A stretch of 64,000 bases of DNA from the NCBI RefSeq assembly GCF_009914755.1, contig NC_060945.1. One strand, written 5' to 3'. The notes under the pieces are model-generated. The model had not been told where the DNA came from. It made no database searches and saw nothing but the letters and a program-made list of their open reading frames with translations. This stretch comes from the human T2T-CHM13v2.0 reference genome, Homo sapiens. Positions within the stretch are counted from its first letter, which is position 1. Every line of letters begins with the position of its first letter. Shown piece after piece: positions 1 to 15,781 of the stretch. Position numbers and translations under genes: made by a program.

Positions 1-738
1 TGGAATGAAGACAAATTTATTAAACTATTCAGATTCTCTTGATAACCTAGCCCTAGTTTATCTTTCCGTTTTCTTTTCTGCAGTTCTGCCATCTTCCCTC
101 TACTTCAGAGCTTACATTTTCCCACTCGTGTTAGGCTCCTCTTCAGCTTTGCCTTTGGAGCATACTGTGCTTTTCTGATAACGTTTTCTATATGGCACAG
201 AGCCTCTGCCAGGGCATGTAGTAGGTGTGTTCAGTGCATTAAACAAACATACAGATCCTCTAAACTAGTAAAGCCACCCAAGCTTGTTTGTTGCCTGTTA
301 TCATTTTCCAAATACTGTCATTTAACCCTCAAAGCAACTCTGTAAGCCATTATCCATCTTTCATAAATGATGTTGAGTAAATTGCCCAAGGTTACATAGT
401 TGTAGTTGTTAACACTGAATTTAACAAATGTTTGTGTGCCTGTATGTGACAGGCTCTTTGAGGTTGTAGAGACAGTTGGGGAATAAAGCTGACAACATAC
501 CCCTAATGGAAGCAGTGTTAAAATGCTCAATCCAAGTGAGGTTGATTTTGGGGCAAGTCTTCTGTAACCTGACGTACTCATCTCAGATGTCATCTCCTGT
601 AGTCTTTCCTGACTTTCCTAGAAGGAGGCAGGGGAGAAGTGGAAAGAATAGCTCCATCTTTTGTTCTCATTAGTTCCTTCCTTTCTTATTGTATTATCAT
701 ATATAGCATTTATAAAATTATTATTTGTATTTGAGGCA

Positions 739-1052
739 TGTCTTGGTCTGTTTGTGCTGCTCTAACAAAATACCTTGGACTGAATAATTTATAAAAAATA
801 GAATTTATTTTTCACAGTTCTGGAGGCTGAGAAGTCCATATCAGGGCACCAGCGGATTCGGTGTTTGCCGAAGGCCTGCTTTCTGCTTCATAGATGATGC
901 CTCTTGCCGTGTCCTCACATGATGGAAGGGCAGGGCAACTTCCTTTAACCTCTTTTACAAGGACATGAATCCCACAGTTCCCCAAAGGCTCCACCTCTTA
1001 ATACTGTTAGGGCCTAATGTAGAAATTCTGTGGGGAACACCAGTATTCAGAC
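739..1052 (-). mobile_element. ERVL-MaLR solo LTR (MLT1A/MST-like)
   Basis: tgtcttggtctgtttgtgctgctctaacaaaatacc...cacagttctggaggctgagaagtcc, typical of a reverse-strand MaLR LTR. Confidence 0.8.
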
Positions 1053-1447
1053 TGGTCATAGTCTGTGCTGCTGTAACAAAACACAGGTTAGGTAGTTTAC
1101 AGAAAACAAAATAATTTCTTACAGTTCTGGAGGATGGGAAGTCCAAGATAAAAGTGTTGGCAGGATTGATGTCTCGTGAGGATCCAGTCTTTCTGCTTCC
1201 AAGATGGCGTTTCAAACGCTGCACCCTCTTGAGGGGAGAAATGCTGTGTCCTCACAAGGCAGAACGTGAAAGAGCAGAAGAGACCAAACTTCCTCTGTTA
1301 AGCCCTTTTATAATGGCATTAACCAATCTGTGAGGGCAAAGCCCTTATGACCTGAACATCTTCCAAAATCCTCATCTCCCAGCACTGTTATGTTGTGGAT
1401 GAAGTTTTCAACAAATGAATTTTGGGGGACACATTCAGACCATAGTA
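1053..1447 (-). mobile_element. Second ERVL-MaLR LTR (MST/MLT1A-like), directly abutting the first
   Basis: tgctgctgtaacaaaacac...acagttctggaggatgggaagtccaagat...ggggacacattcagaccatag. Confidence 0.8.
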
Positions 1448-1982
1448 GGGCCTTTGATAGATTGAGCTGTTTTGGTGGGGAGCTGTCTCTTTCTGGTATC
1501 CAGGATGCTTGCCACATGATGTGTAGTCTCAGTAAGTGAGTGCATTGATAAAGAAGTATCCATGATGTGCTTTACCGACAGCAGGTAGCAGTACTCTCTG
1601 TTACTCAAGACTGCCTCTTTGTAAGGGTACAAGTAGTTTCAGAAACTCCACTCTCTGTTTAGTTGGGAGGATGTGCTCTCAAAGAGGTTACCTACAGGCA
1701 CATTTTTACCGGAGTTTAATAAACTGTCTTTTTTCTGGGTACATATAGGTCTCTGGTCTGGAAGATGGGGTCTTGACTCCCCAACCACCAATAGTAACCA
1801 TCTGGTAGGAGTTTTGAATTATTTGTTAAAGAAGTATGCTGATATGAGATGTCACAATGTACAAGCCTCTTTTCAAATCAGGAGATAAATTATTTCAGAA
1901 GAGGTAGAATGTTTATTTTGAAACATTTTACAAACAGGTTTGTTGTAATTCTTTCCTTGTATTTGTTGTCATATAACATGTT

Positions 1983-2424
1983 GAGGTTATCTGTTGCTGC
2001 TTAACAAACCATGGCGAAATTCAGTGGCTTAAAACAATATTCATTTCTTTGTTCACTGTGTTCCAATTTGGGCAGGGCCTGTCTCCATCCCACGTGGCAT
2101 CTGCTGGCACTGGGCAGTCCAAGGTGATGGATTCCCTTCCATGCCTGGTGCCCTGGGCATCTTCCTCCAGGTGGCCTTTCCACCTGGCACACTTGGGCTT
2201 TCTCACAGCTGTGACTGGTTTCCCCACAAGTGCGCAAAGTTGAGGCTGCCAGGCCTTCTTAAGACTTACACCTTGAACTGGCAGTGTCATCTCCACTGGA
2301 TTCTGTAGGCCAGAAGCAAGCCACAGGCCAGCCCAGATTCAGGGGGTTCGGGGTGGGGTGGGGATTGTACAAGGTGTGAACACTGGCAAGAGTGGTTTAT
2401 TGGGCCACCAAGGAACACTACCAC
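1983..2424 (-). mobile_element. Old MLT1-type MaLR LTR
   Basis: ttgctgcttaacaaacc...agtggcttaaaacaa start and gccagcccagattcagggg motif. Confidence 0.65.
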
Positions 2425-2538
2425 ATGAACCAAGTCTCTTTCTGAAAGGGAAAAAGAAAGATAACTTTTTTATTCTGTTTGTTTTTTATTGTCTAATCCT
2501 ACTGACCGATTCATTTTGTAATGCAGTGGTGTATTTCT

Positions 2539-2639
2539 TTTTTTTTAAACCCTTTTTTTTTTTTCTAATTTTTTTAAATTTTATTATTATTATGCTTTAA
2601 GTTTTAGGGTACATGTGCACAACATGCAGGTTTGTTACC
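2539..2639 (-). mobile_element. Extremely 5'-truncated L1PA 3' end with 17-bp TSD
   Basis: Poly(T) + tttaagttttagggtacatgtgcacaacatgcaggtttgttac; TSD tgcagtggtgtatttct at 2522-2538 and 2640-2656. Confidence 0.9.
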
Positions 2640-2795
2640 TGCAGTGGTGTATTTCTAACTTTTGCTATAACTCCATTCAAATAGCAGTATAAAATTAATA
2701 TAATTTTTCAAATTCAGTTGAACTGTACTCATCTTGATACGGATCATAAATACAGATTTGGGAGTGAAGAAAGTAGAACAATGAATACTTTATGG

Positions 2796-3130
2796 CAGGG
2801 GTCTCCAGCCACTGGGCCGTGGACCGGTACTGGTCTGTGGCCTGTTAGGAATTGGACTGCACCCCATGAGGTGAGCTTTGGGCAAGCGATCATTTCTGCC
2901 TGAGCTCTGCCTCCTGTCAGATCAGTGGCGGCATTTGATTCTCATAGGAGCGCGAACCCTGTTGTGAACTGCACATGTGAGGGATCTAGGTTGCATGCTC
3001 CTTATGAGAATCTAACTGATGATCTGAAGTAGAAGAGTTTCATTCTGAAACCATTTCCCACCTCCTCCTGTCCGTGGAAAAATTGTCTTCCACAAAAGTA
3101 GTCCCTGGTGCCAAAAAGGTTATGGGATAC
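2796..3130 (+). mobile_element. MER1B-like hAT-Charlie DNA transposon
   Basis: caggggtctcc...ggaccggtactggtctgtggcctgttaggaa...gtccctggtgccaaaaaggtt. Confidence 0.85.
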
Positions 3131-6100
3131 TCAGCTCCACGTTGCACCTAAAGTAGCAAAAGACTAGATAAAAACCCTGAATATGTACTTGTGAAATCCT
3201 GAATATGTACTTCGTGAAATCAGTGACATAAACCTCCTCCTGGGTTACGTGTTACAGTTCACAAACGATCTCAAGTATTCTACAGTTCACCTGTGGTTGT
3301 CCTTTGTACAGGTGGAAGAAGAGAGGGATCTCAGATTCCCTGTAGTTGCGTCCCCGCCCCCAGACAGATCTCTCCCTTCTTCATGCCCTGGATTGTTTCA
3401 TCCATTTAAATAGTTCTCTTCTTGATTCTGACTTGAGGGATGGGCATCCTGTGATTAGGTTTGGATGTGACAGTGGAAGTTTGTCAGAAACATTTTGGCT
3501 CATGGGCCAGATACATTGGAGTCCGTCCGAAAGCTCACTAGGAAATGTAGATTCTCAGGTTTAACCTAACTAGGCTAACTATACCTAAGTATCTTAGCAG
3601 AGGTTTGGATGTTACAGAGTTTGAAGATCGCATTTTTAGGCCCTGTATTCTTATTCTCTGTAAGGATGATGTCGCCCTTCAAGGGTGTAAGGATTGTTAT
3701 TGGGGAGTATATATTCAGGGCAGCTTGAATCTGTGCTCCCGCTCCTCACCTCATTGTTCTTCGGAGGGGGATGGAAAATCTTAGATGTTAATCATGGTTT
3801 GTGGCCCTCCAGAAGTTAATCTTACCTGACAAAACCTTATTCCTTAATGTTTAATTTCCCTTGTTAAGAATACATTTAATTTATTGAATTAAATTTAAAT
3901 TAAATTTCTCTCCTGGGGATGGGATACTCAAAAAAAGGTTGAGAAACATAATCCTATAAGAATTACTCTGGCATAGTACCTGCCCTGCATTATCTGTGTC
4001 CCCTCTCCCATCTTTGGAAACCTTAGGATGTGATTTTGGCTATATTATTTTAATACTAAGATTTTACTTACATTTAATGGATTAAAAAGAAAAACATTCT
4101 AGATGGGTGGAAACATTTACTCTGTGAAATTTTGCATCCAAGTCAATTGGTTTTTATCCTTGTGAATAAAGCCCTGTTAGGATAGACTCTGTTCTGGGAT
4201 TTGGAAACCTTTTGTCTTCATAATGGCACTGTATACTGAAAACTCTTCATGTTTTCCACCTTGTTAACATATGACAAGCCAGGGCTTTTATATGCCACAC
4301 AAAACATAGGAGATGTTCTCTCAGGGACATGTTCTTAAGTCATTGCTGTCTTTCCTCCTGGGAGTGATTCCTGGCCCCATGTATCTGTTTTCTGTGTAGT
4401 GCAGGGCCAGTAGGTGAAGTGGGTGGACCACAGGTCCCTGTGCCCTTGTCCTCTAGGAAGGAGAAGGGGTATAGGAGGCATATTGTTATCTGGGTTTATT
4501 GGTTTGTGGCTTTGGACTTGGTATAAATGAAAACGCCTCTTTTTTTTTTTAGGTTGGGGATGGAGGGCAGTAGTGGGAGAAGTAGAATAGGGTTTCTAAT
4601 ATATTACCCTCTTTAAAGAAAATTTTCAAAATGAGTTATTTTTCTGTCATTTAAGGTAATGTTAACTTCTTTGTATTTGTCCGTTTTCTGTGTAATTTGT
4701 CCAGGCTCAGGAGAGTTAAAGGCATAGTATAGCCAGAAAACTGAAGTCCTCTGGAAATCTCCATTCACCTGAAAATACATTGCTTGGCAATTGATAGATG
4801 CTGGGGTAAATTATTTTTTGAGTCAGTGAATTAAATTAATCCAAAGTTTTTTTGTTTTTTTTTTTAAGTGTAATTCCCTGTTCTATGATTTTAGAATCTA
4901 GTCCGTAGCGTAATATTGAGGGAAAAGTGAACTAGGAAGTTAAGAGACCTGGCATCAACTATTCTTACTACCTACCATGTTTTAAAATTTCCATAGGCTT
5001 AACTTTCATTGTTTATAAACTTGAAGAATTGGTAGACGACCCTTTGAGAGCCCTTCAGGGTGCAGAATTTTATCATCAAGTATGGTGAACACATTAGAAT
5101 GTCCTCAACTGATGTAGTTGTGAGAAGGAATTAGTTCCATTTATCATGTAGAGAGTAGTGAATTAGGGTAAACAGTTGAGCCACTCTAACAGTTCCAGCA
5201 ATTTGATGGCTCTAAGAGCATGGAATCATCTGGAGGTGAGTGCCTAGGTTGGTGGCGGTGACTGCCTCACGTGGTCATCTGGAGTCATGCATTTTTTTCC
5301 GTCTTGTTCCTCTGCTCTGCCCTAGGGTATAGTCCTCGTGTGTTGTCTCTGTACTAGCTCAGAAGATGCAGAGTAGGAGGTGCAGAGACAGAATAGAAAT
5401 GCTCACTCAGTGTCCTAAGGCCCAGAAGTGGCACTTGTTTTCACATTCTTTCCATGCGAACTTAGCCACATGGCCATACCCAGCCACAAGGGAGCCTGGG
5501 AGGTATAACCTAGTTGGGCCGTCATGTGCTGGGCTACCATTACTATGGAAGATGATGACTGGAGTCTCTGCCACAACTAGTATATATGAAGCTATTTCTT
5601 AGTATATTTCTGGGGACCCTTTTTCCTCATTTTTGTTTAGCAAAGAATTAATGTAATTAATGGAAAAAGTAAATTATTTGGGCAAGTTGTGCTAAGGGTA
5701 GTATATTGAAAGACAAGTTTTGAAATTAATTAGAAACCTAAAACTAACCAGCCCTGATTATACCTTTGTCTCCTCTAATTAAAAGTCCAGTGAAGAGTAG
5801 TTAGAAGTTTGCTACACTCTGGTTTCTTAGGAGCACTTAAGTACACATTTAGTCACAAGGGACATCTCTTTTCCAGAGCAGGAACCTATAGTTCTCTTCA
5901 GTAAACTAGTCCTATAAAAGGAAGCTGCTGCTTGAATATCACCAGGCCTCTTGGGCTCCAAATTCTTAATCTAAATACCCAAAGTTGGCCATGTTTCAGA
6001 ATTGCCTGGGGTCCTTGTTCAAAATATAGGTTCAGGCCTTACCCTCTGGAGATTCTGATGGTTGTGTTTCTGAATCTGAATTTTTTAACAAGCCCCTCAG

Positions 6101-6281
6101 GGTGATTGTGATGCAGCTGTCAGTGGTATGGGATCCAGTACCTTAGCCATCTGTGCCCCAATCGCCTTACATGTGAAAGTGCGTAATTAATACTTGCCTG
6201 GCTCCTGTACCACACAGGATTCAGAGAGCATGAGATGAGTTGTATTTCAAATTATTTCATAAATTTAAAAGTACCGTAAAA

Positions 6282-6401
6282 GACTGGGCACAGTGGCTCA
6301 CACCTGTAATCCCAGCAAACTTTGGGGGGCTGAGGCAGGAAGATTGCTTGAAGTTTGAGAGCAGCCTGGGAACATAGCAAGACCTCATCTCTTAAAAAAA
6401 A

Positions 6402-6432
<31 letters not shown>

Positions 6433-6683
6433 TTTGTATATTTTATATTTATATATGTGTATATATATATATTTTTTTACCCTGCAGTGTACACACACAC
6501 ACATACACACACACAAAATAGTTAGCCTGGCACAGTGGCAGGCACCTGTAATCCTAGCTACTCTGGAGGTGGGAGGATTGCTTGAGTCCAGTCTTGAGTC
6601 CAGGGCTGCAGTATGGTAGGATTGCACCTCTGCCTTCCAGCCTGGGTGACAGAGTGAGATCCTGTCTCTTAAAAAAAAATAAA
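6282..6683 (+). mobile_element. AluJ with (TA)n/(CA)n expansion in the central linker
   Basis: Left arm 6282-6402, microsatellite about 6403-6514, right arm to A tail; near-perfect TSD taaaagtRccgtaaaa at 6266-6281 and 6684-6699. Confidence 0.9.
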
Positions 6684-8251
6684 TAAAAGTGCCGTAAAAA
6701 TTTTTAGGTGGTATTACAAGTTGTTTGGCAAGATTTTGTGTACAACAGCCCTGAAAGGTAAGTGCTATTATCTCCATTTAGGAATAAACTGGGAAATAAT
6801 AGGTAAAACCCTAGGCTTCTTGATTTTGCGTAATTAAACAGACTCAGAAAAAGTTATCTGTCCTGTGTAACTGCCAATAGCAGAACAAACTGAATAATTT
6901 ATAGATACTTTTGTTTTTACATAGTTTATAAAATACCAAATGACAACTTGATGCCTTTGGTGTCCTATGTGGAAGACTCTGCTTTGTACTTTGGCGATGT
7001 CAAGTTGAATGAGACACATTGTCTGCCCGTATGGAAGTTACAGTCCAGTAGAGGAGAGAAGACTTAAAAACTATTCATTATAATGTCCTTAAGAATCATT
7101 TTCTTTTTATGAATGAGCCCTACAACCATAACAGGACAGGTTGTGAATATATTGTACAAGTTCAGAGGAACGGAGAGGCCACGTGAGGTGATCCTTTTGT
7201 AAAAAGCACAGCTTGAGACAGGAGGAGAAACTTTTTTTTTTTTTTTTTTTAAACCGCAGAGAGAACAGTGTCGGTTGCTCAGAGGACTCTTCTTTCTACC
7301 CTGGTGCATTTACTAGGACCTTGTAGGCAAATAAAATGATAGAGAAACTTGCATAGATGAAGGATGTGTCCCATTCCCTGAAGTCAAGGGAAGCAGAGCT
7401 AAGATTGGTTATGCAGACCATGGGCTAGGCACTCCCTACAAAGTCACTTTAATCATTCCCAACAGTCTTGTGAGTAGAGAGAGGCAGAGCCCTTTAGTGG
7501 AAAGAGCATGAGATTTTTAAAACCTAGAAGTGGTTGGCAATGGTGGGGCCAAATCTGGATTGTGTGTGGATATTCAAATAAGTGGATTTTCCTTTTTTAT
7601 AAGACCCATAAGACTCTTCCTCCTTTTTCAGCACATTTGGTTTGCCTTGATTTTGACAAGAGTGTGATTGCTGCTACCCCATTATGAAATTGGGGATAGA
7701 GATCTGTGGATTCATTGTCAAGGTGGAGGATGCAGGCAGGGAAAGAGTGCGGGAACCATTCCTGCAGAGTTTGTGGTAGGGGACCTTTACAGGAAATGTA
7801 AAGGTTAATTTATTTGGCAAAGATTGTACCAGATGTTTGGGGTAAAGTAGTGAAAAAAAGACAAATACAGTTTGTACTTTCATGTTGTTGACAGTTTTGG
7901 TGTGGCATTTTAACATTTACTGTTCTTAATAGAATATGTGACAACTTTCTAGACAGGTACTACTGTTTAGGATTGGGTAGCTCAGTGTTGGGTTTCACTG
8001 AGCATGAGAGGCGTGGAGAGTTTACATTACATGTCTTCCAGTGGTTCTGTCTTTCTAAAGCTTGAAGGTACTCACGAGAAAGCAGTGAGACTGTACATCA
8101 TTCCAAATGAGATGTTGATGTAGATTAAGCACAGTTTTTCATCCCAGAATGCAAATTAAGAATACAAACACAGGTTGAAGCATTTTTCATAGGTGACATT
8201 TGTAGAATGTATATATTTTAAGAACATTTGGAAAACTTTTTTTAACCTACT

Positions 8252-8736
8252 TGTATTAGTTCCCTGTGGCTCCTGTAACAAATCACAGATTTAGTGACTT
8301 AAAACAACAGAAATTTATTCTCTTACAGTTCTGGAGGCTAGAAGTCCAAAATCAGAATCATTGAGCCTAAACCAAGGTGTTGGCAGGGCCAGGGCTGTGC
8401 TTTAGGAGGCTGTAGGAGAGAGCCACTTGCTAGTGGCTGCCAGTACTTCTTGACTTGTGGATGCCAGCATTACTTGACTTGTGGCCACATTACCTCAATC
8501 TCTCCTGCGATGGTTGTGTTGTCTTCTTTTTGTGTCAGATTGCCCCCTCCCTCTCTCAACATTTGTGATGGCATTTAGGGCCCACCTTGATGATGAAGGA
8601 TAATCCCCTCATCTCAAGATTCTCAACTTAATCACACCTGCAAAGACCTGTTTTTCCCCCAAATCATAAAACATTTATAGGTTTCACAGTGTAGGATGTA
8701 GATATCTTTTGGTGGACCATTTTCCAGCTTATCACA
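8252..8736 (-). mobile_element. MLT1C/D-like MaLR solo LTR
   Basis: TG...CA ends, ttaaaacaacagaaatttattctcttacagttctggaggc; 5-bp flanks ctact/ctcct. Confidence 0.85.
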
Positions 8737-9171
8737 CTCCTATAAATTATTTGGAAAAGTAGGAAGGTTGCTTTTGAAGTAGCAACTTGTAGATATATCA
8801 TAAGTATACTTCCAGCTATAATAAGAATTAGTCATAGTTTTATAACTTTTTAGTGTTAACTTGATGATCCAAATTTGAGATCCAACCTGGGAGACAGCTC
8901 CCAAAATTTTACCACCTAATCTGTTTTTTATAACAATGGTTTTGAGCGACTTTTCTCTAAATAATGGAAGTTATTGTTCTTTTAGGGTCAGTGTAAGCTG
9001 ACAGTGGTAATTTTTATCAAGTATTAAAAATGAGTCTGAGTTTAGGGAAATGATATGAATGATTGGAATTTATTTTAGCATCTAGGAATTTTATTGACTG
9101 AGAAAGTGCAGATTGCAGAAGAGTAGCCAAAAATATACTATGATTGTACCCTTTCTAAAGTTGCTTGGTTA

Positions 9172-9516
<345 letters not shown>

Positions 9517-9763
9517 TTATTGTGCTATATTAGGTAGTTAATTTTGGACTGGTCTAATATAGCCCATTGTGAATAAAATATAAGCATATGTAGTGTTTAA
9601 AAAAAAGATGTTCACACTTAGAAAGGTGCCAGTGGAAAGTTTTCATGGTCATGAGCCAATCATGAACATAAACGTGTGTATTAATTTTAATATTTGATTT
9701 TTTTTCTTGAACCTGCCTGTTTTTTACCTTTTACAAAATACTTTTTATTTCTCTACACCTTAA

Positions 9764-10129
<366 letters not shown>

Positions 10130-10539
10130 TGAAATTTGGTTTCTCTTTTGTAATGAAAGGTTCTTTGTATCTTTCGCAATTACTGTGTATAAGCTCTTCT
10201 TCACATGAACTTTGGAAGGTGTTCTACATTTTGAGGGATATACACATTACATATTTTCAAATATTTAGAGTTAATATTGTTGCAACTCCTACTTCACACT
10301 GACAATTTCCACTTCCCACTTCCCATTCCCCAGTTGCCAAATGTAGTAGCCATAAAGAGCATCAGATTGATTTATCTGCCATCCCTTTGTGCAATTGCTG
10401 CCATGTTTTTACTCCTACTTATATTATACATTATGTACAATTTTATTATTTTTGCTTTAAGCTGTATTTTAAACAACTAAAATTTATTTTTGTTTAAAAC
10501 TCTCAGTTTTTAAATATAAGTATCCAAAGGAAAAATATT

Positions 10540-11780
<1,241 letters not shown>

Positions 11781-11792
11781 TAAAAAACAACA

Positions 11793-11976
11793 ACAGAGGC
11801 AAGGTCTTGTTCTGTCACCCAGTCTGGAGTGCAGTGGTGCAGTGGTGCAGTGGTGCAGTCATAGTTCACTGCTACCTCACACTGCTGGGCTCAAGTGGTC
11901 CTCCCACTTCAGCCTCCTGAATAACTGGGACTACAGGTGTGCCCCACTATGCTCAGCTAATTAAAAAAAAAAAAAA

Positions 11977-12029
<53 letters not shown>

Positions 12030-12097
12030 CACCAGGCTGGTGTTGAACTCCTTGCCTCAAGCCATCCTGCCTTAGCCTCCCAAACCATGCCTGGCAT
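11793..12097 (-). mobile_element. Degenerate AluJ with A/(AT)n/(GT)n microsatellite in the linker
   Basis: Alu arms on both sides; internal gtgcagtg reiteration at about 11829-11859. Confidence 0.85.
11963..12027. repeat. Compound microsatellite A15-(AT)n-(GT)~18
   Basis: Directly visible. Confidence 0.95.
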
Positions 12098-12418
12098 GCT
12101 TCCCTTGGAACTTTTGATGAATACTGTTTTTTTTTTTTTCTTCTCCTAAGAAGGTTGATTTTTGTTCTAAAGTCTGGTTGGTCACCTTGAACTTGTGTAG
12201 GCTTGGTTTTATACTTTATTAAGGCAAAATTTATTTACCTTAGGTAACCTCAAGGTGATTCCTTACCCTGTCTAATATGGTGGACCATGACTTTCAAACT
12301 GGGTTTTCCTGTGACTCTTGTCTGGATTTTGTTTTAGACATTATTGGTACTGGTTTGGAGTAGGCTGTATGCTAGAGTGTGGTTCTTAGTCTTGAAGGAG
12401 GAAGGGAATGTTCAGGTG

Positions 12419-12643
12419 TGTATTAGGGTTCTCCAGAGACACAGAACCAATAAGAGATACACAGGCGTGTATATATGTATGTATCCATAAGTAAATAAAC
12501 AAATATAAATTGATGTAAGGAATTGGCTCACGTGACAGTGGAGGCTGAGCAGTCATAAGATGCACATACCCAGAATAATGCTTGACCAAATGTGTGGGCA
12601 CCCTGTGGCCTAGGCAGGTTGACACATAAAGTTAACTATCACA
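12419..12643 (-). mobile_element. MLT2 (ERVL) solo LTR with a large internal deletion
   Basis: tgtattagggttctccagag...gttgacacataaagttaactatcaca; perfect 5-bp TSD AGGTG at 12414-12418 and 12644-12648. Confidence 0.85.
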
Positions 12644-14713
12644 AGGTGTTAATGAGATTTCTTGTCTGTGGCTGGGTAGGGACCCCAGATCCCCCAGACT
12701 TGCTCATTGTCTATCATTTTGGTTCTGGTCTCAGCCTCTAAGTAATCATTCTGTGGCTCAGGTTGTTTCACCTGGCCCATGTGCATTCTGGTCCTCATGG
12801 CTCTCCTACATCCAGACTTCTGGAGGTCCCCTTCTGTGCACCTCCCTTCTCTCTGGCACATGGTTTCAGATGCCTGAACTCTAAGCTTTACCAAGCTTTA
12901 CCTTCACATCTCAGCATGCCCGCCATGCTTTACTGAGCCTCTAGTTCGTTTCACCATGTTGGGAAATTGTTCCCAGACAACCAGGAGACTCATGACCCTT
13001 CAGGGATCACAGTCTTGGGCTACCATTTGTTGATTGTCAGAAAACAGTTGGCGCAAATATTTTCTTCAGTTTTGTGGTTGTTTAAAGTGGAAATAGCAGT
13101 ACTAGTTATTTTCTTGTACAGAAGCAGGATATGTGAGGATTACTGTTTAATAGCCGTTAGGCATACAGGTTCTTTGCAGGTGCTTGGAGGAATGTAAGGA
13201 TTAATACAGTCAGTTTCCTATTGAGCATGGCTGGGGTGGGATTGTGTAGTGGAATGTATGGATTTAGAATGGTTCAGTATAAGCAAGTATCCAGCGTCAT
13301 GATTCCAGAATACAGTTTTGCTCTTACGGCATGTACATTCTCAGAAAGTACAGAATCTAAGGATGAAAAAACAAGCTGAGTGGTGGAGACAGTTTTCTTT
13401 TACATTTTAGCTGTTCCTCTGATTATATTTCATGGGGTAGGTAGATACTTAAATGATTTTTTAGTGATGTCGGCCTTTGGGTGAAGATGAGGCCCACTGA
13501 GAGGACTCTAGAGCAGTTGAACCCCGCTTCCCACCTAGGGTTGGAATCATGGCCCAGGCAGATGCTGTGGGTCCCAAGCTCTGCAGGAATGACTGGGGGC
13601 TGCCATTCATAAAGCAGCTGTCCCATTATTGGATGTTTTTGTTCTTTTATCTATTTTCTGCCTAGTCTCCTGCATCCTTTTCCTAATTCTTGGCTTTAGT
13701 TCTGTTTTCTTCAACTATAGGGAGCGAGTCAAGTCATCCCACCTCTGTGAGACTTGCTTGATTATTTGCAGGCATCTATGCATGACTCCTTCCGTCTTTC
13801 ATTGTCTTGACTGCACAGCCTTAGTACCTCCAGATCCCCACCCACCTATTACTTTCTCAGGAGTTTTGAACTTTCTCACTAACTTTTTTAATGTGGATCT
13901 AGGATTGAAAAGAATCGTGAGCTTAGGAAGCGTTACAGATACAAAGACTACAAATTCAGGTCTCACTTGTCAAATATCAGAAAGGTTATTTCTGACAGTC
14001 CTCCTTCCCCAAATCTAAATGTTTCCCTCTTTTAGCAATCTTTCCCTCCCTCATAACTTTAGCATGGTGTATGGTGTGTGCGTAGTCATACATTAGTGTG
14101 ATTTTTGTCTGTTTTGAACACTATACTGTGAAGTCCACGAGGTAGAGGCACAGTGACAGCAAGCCTCACTCTACATCTTCAGTGCTGGACGTCATCCAGT
14201 GTCATGGCATCATGTGATTTTTAGGGTACTATTCATGTGTGTTCAGTTATGTAAACTTGTTTCTCAGTTGTATCAATAGGCGTAAATAAGTTCTCATTGT
14301 TGATGTTATTGAAGTGTATCCATAAGTATGTATGGTCATTCCTCTTTTTTTTTTTAAGGATGATACATATATTTATTTCTTAAAAATTTCAGGGGACGTC
14401 CCAGTGTTAGCCACTTCTTGTCCCTTCTGTGGCTACATCCAGTTGTAATTGTTCAGTACAACACATCAGGTGTTTGAAATGCCTCAAATGTCAAGAAACA
14501 CTAACTTATCTCTGGCATACCGTACTTTTTAAAGCAGAAGTATTTTCTGTAATGGTTACTACAGAGTGTTTACTGGTTAATTTTTAGTTAACCAGAAGCA
14601 TACATTCCATAGCTATTCCAGTTAACTGAGGTTTATATCCATAAAGACATTACCAGAGATAGAAAAATTTCCCTTTTCTTCAGCTAGAGACCCCAGGCAC
14701 CAACACACCCTCA

Positions 14714-15076
<363 letters not shown>

Positions 15077-15455
15077 CTATATCTCTATATATCTATATAT
15101 GTATATATCTCTATATACATCTCTATATATGTATATAATTATATATATCTATTTATATATGTAATTATATATATATATCTTTAGTAGTGACTTTTACTAG
15201 TGAAAATTTTAATATCCTAATTACCGTTATTTAGAAAAAATTCTTTTTGAGTTGATGTTTAAAATTCTTTTGATTTTTTTTTTTTTTTTAAAGTCATCTT
15301 TTACAACTCCTCCCTACCGCTCCTCCCCTAGCTCTCCAGGCCCATTGCCCTGACTAGTAAAGGTTTGCTGTTTTTTCTTCTGGACATTTTCCTTTGCGTC
15401 TTCATTTATATATAAGTGCTCATATTCTTGTTATACACAGATATATTTACAAACG

Positions 15456-15781
15456 TAGGTTGGGTATCCCTAATTCGAAGTGTTTGGGAGTACAACTGTT
15501 TCGGATTTTGAAATATTTGCATATATGTAGTGAGATATGTTGGGGATGGGACCTAAGACTAAACATTCATTTATGTTTTATATACTGTAGACAGCCTGAA
15601 GGTAATTTTATACAATATTTTCAGTAATTTTGTGCACACAATAAAGTTTTGGCTGAGCTGTGGCTGTAACCCATCATATGAGTTCAGGTGTGGAGTTTTT
15701 CACTGGTGGCATCATGTCTGTGCTCAATAGATTTAAAATTTTGGAGCATTTTGGAGTTTTGTATTACAGATGCTCAACCTG
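15456..15781 (+). mobile_element. Tigger4b/MER46-like TcMar-Tigger element
   Basis: TIRs aggttgggtatccct ... gatgctcaacctg; internal ggggatgggacctaagactaaac. Confidence 0.8.

Noticed and set aside
3172-3221. Short local duplication (cctgaatatgtactt twice)
   Set aside because: Ordinary slippage event; similar small ones occur near 12883 and 56011.
13629-14018. Longest ORF in the track (129 aa, hydrophobic N-terminus)
   Set aside because: Starts at TTG in T-rich intronic DNA, resembles no family I know, and has no promoter or convincing exon context.
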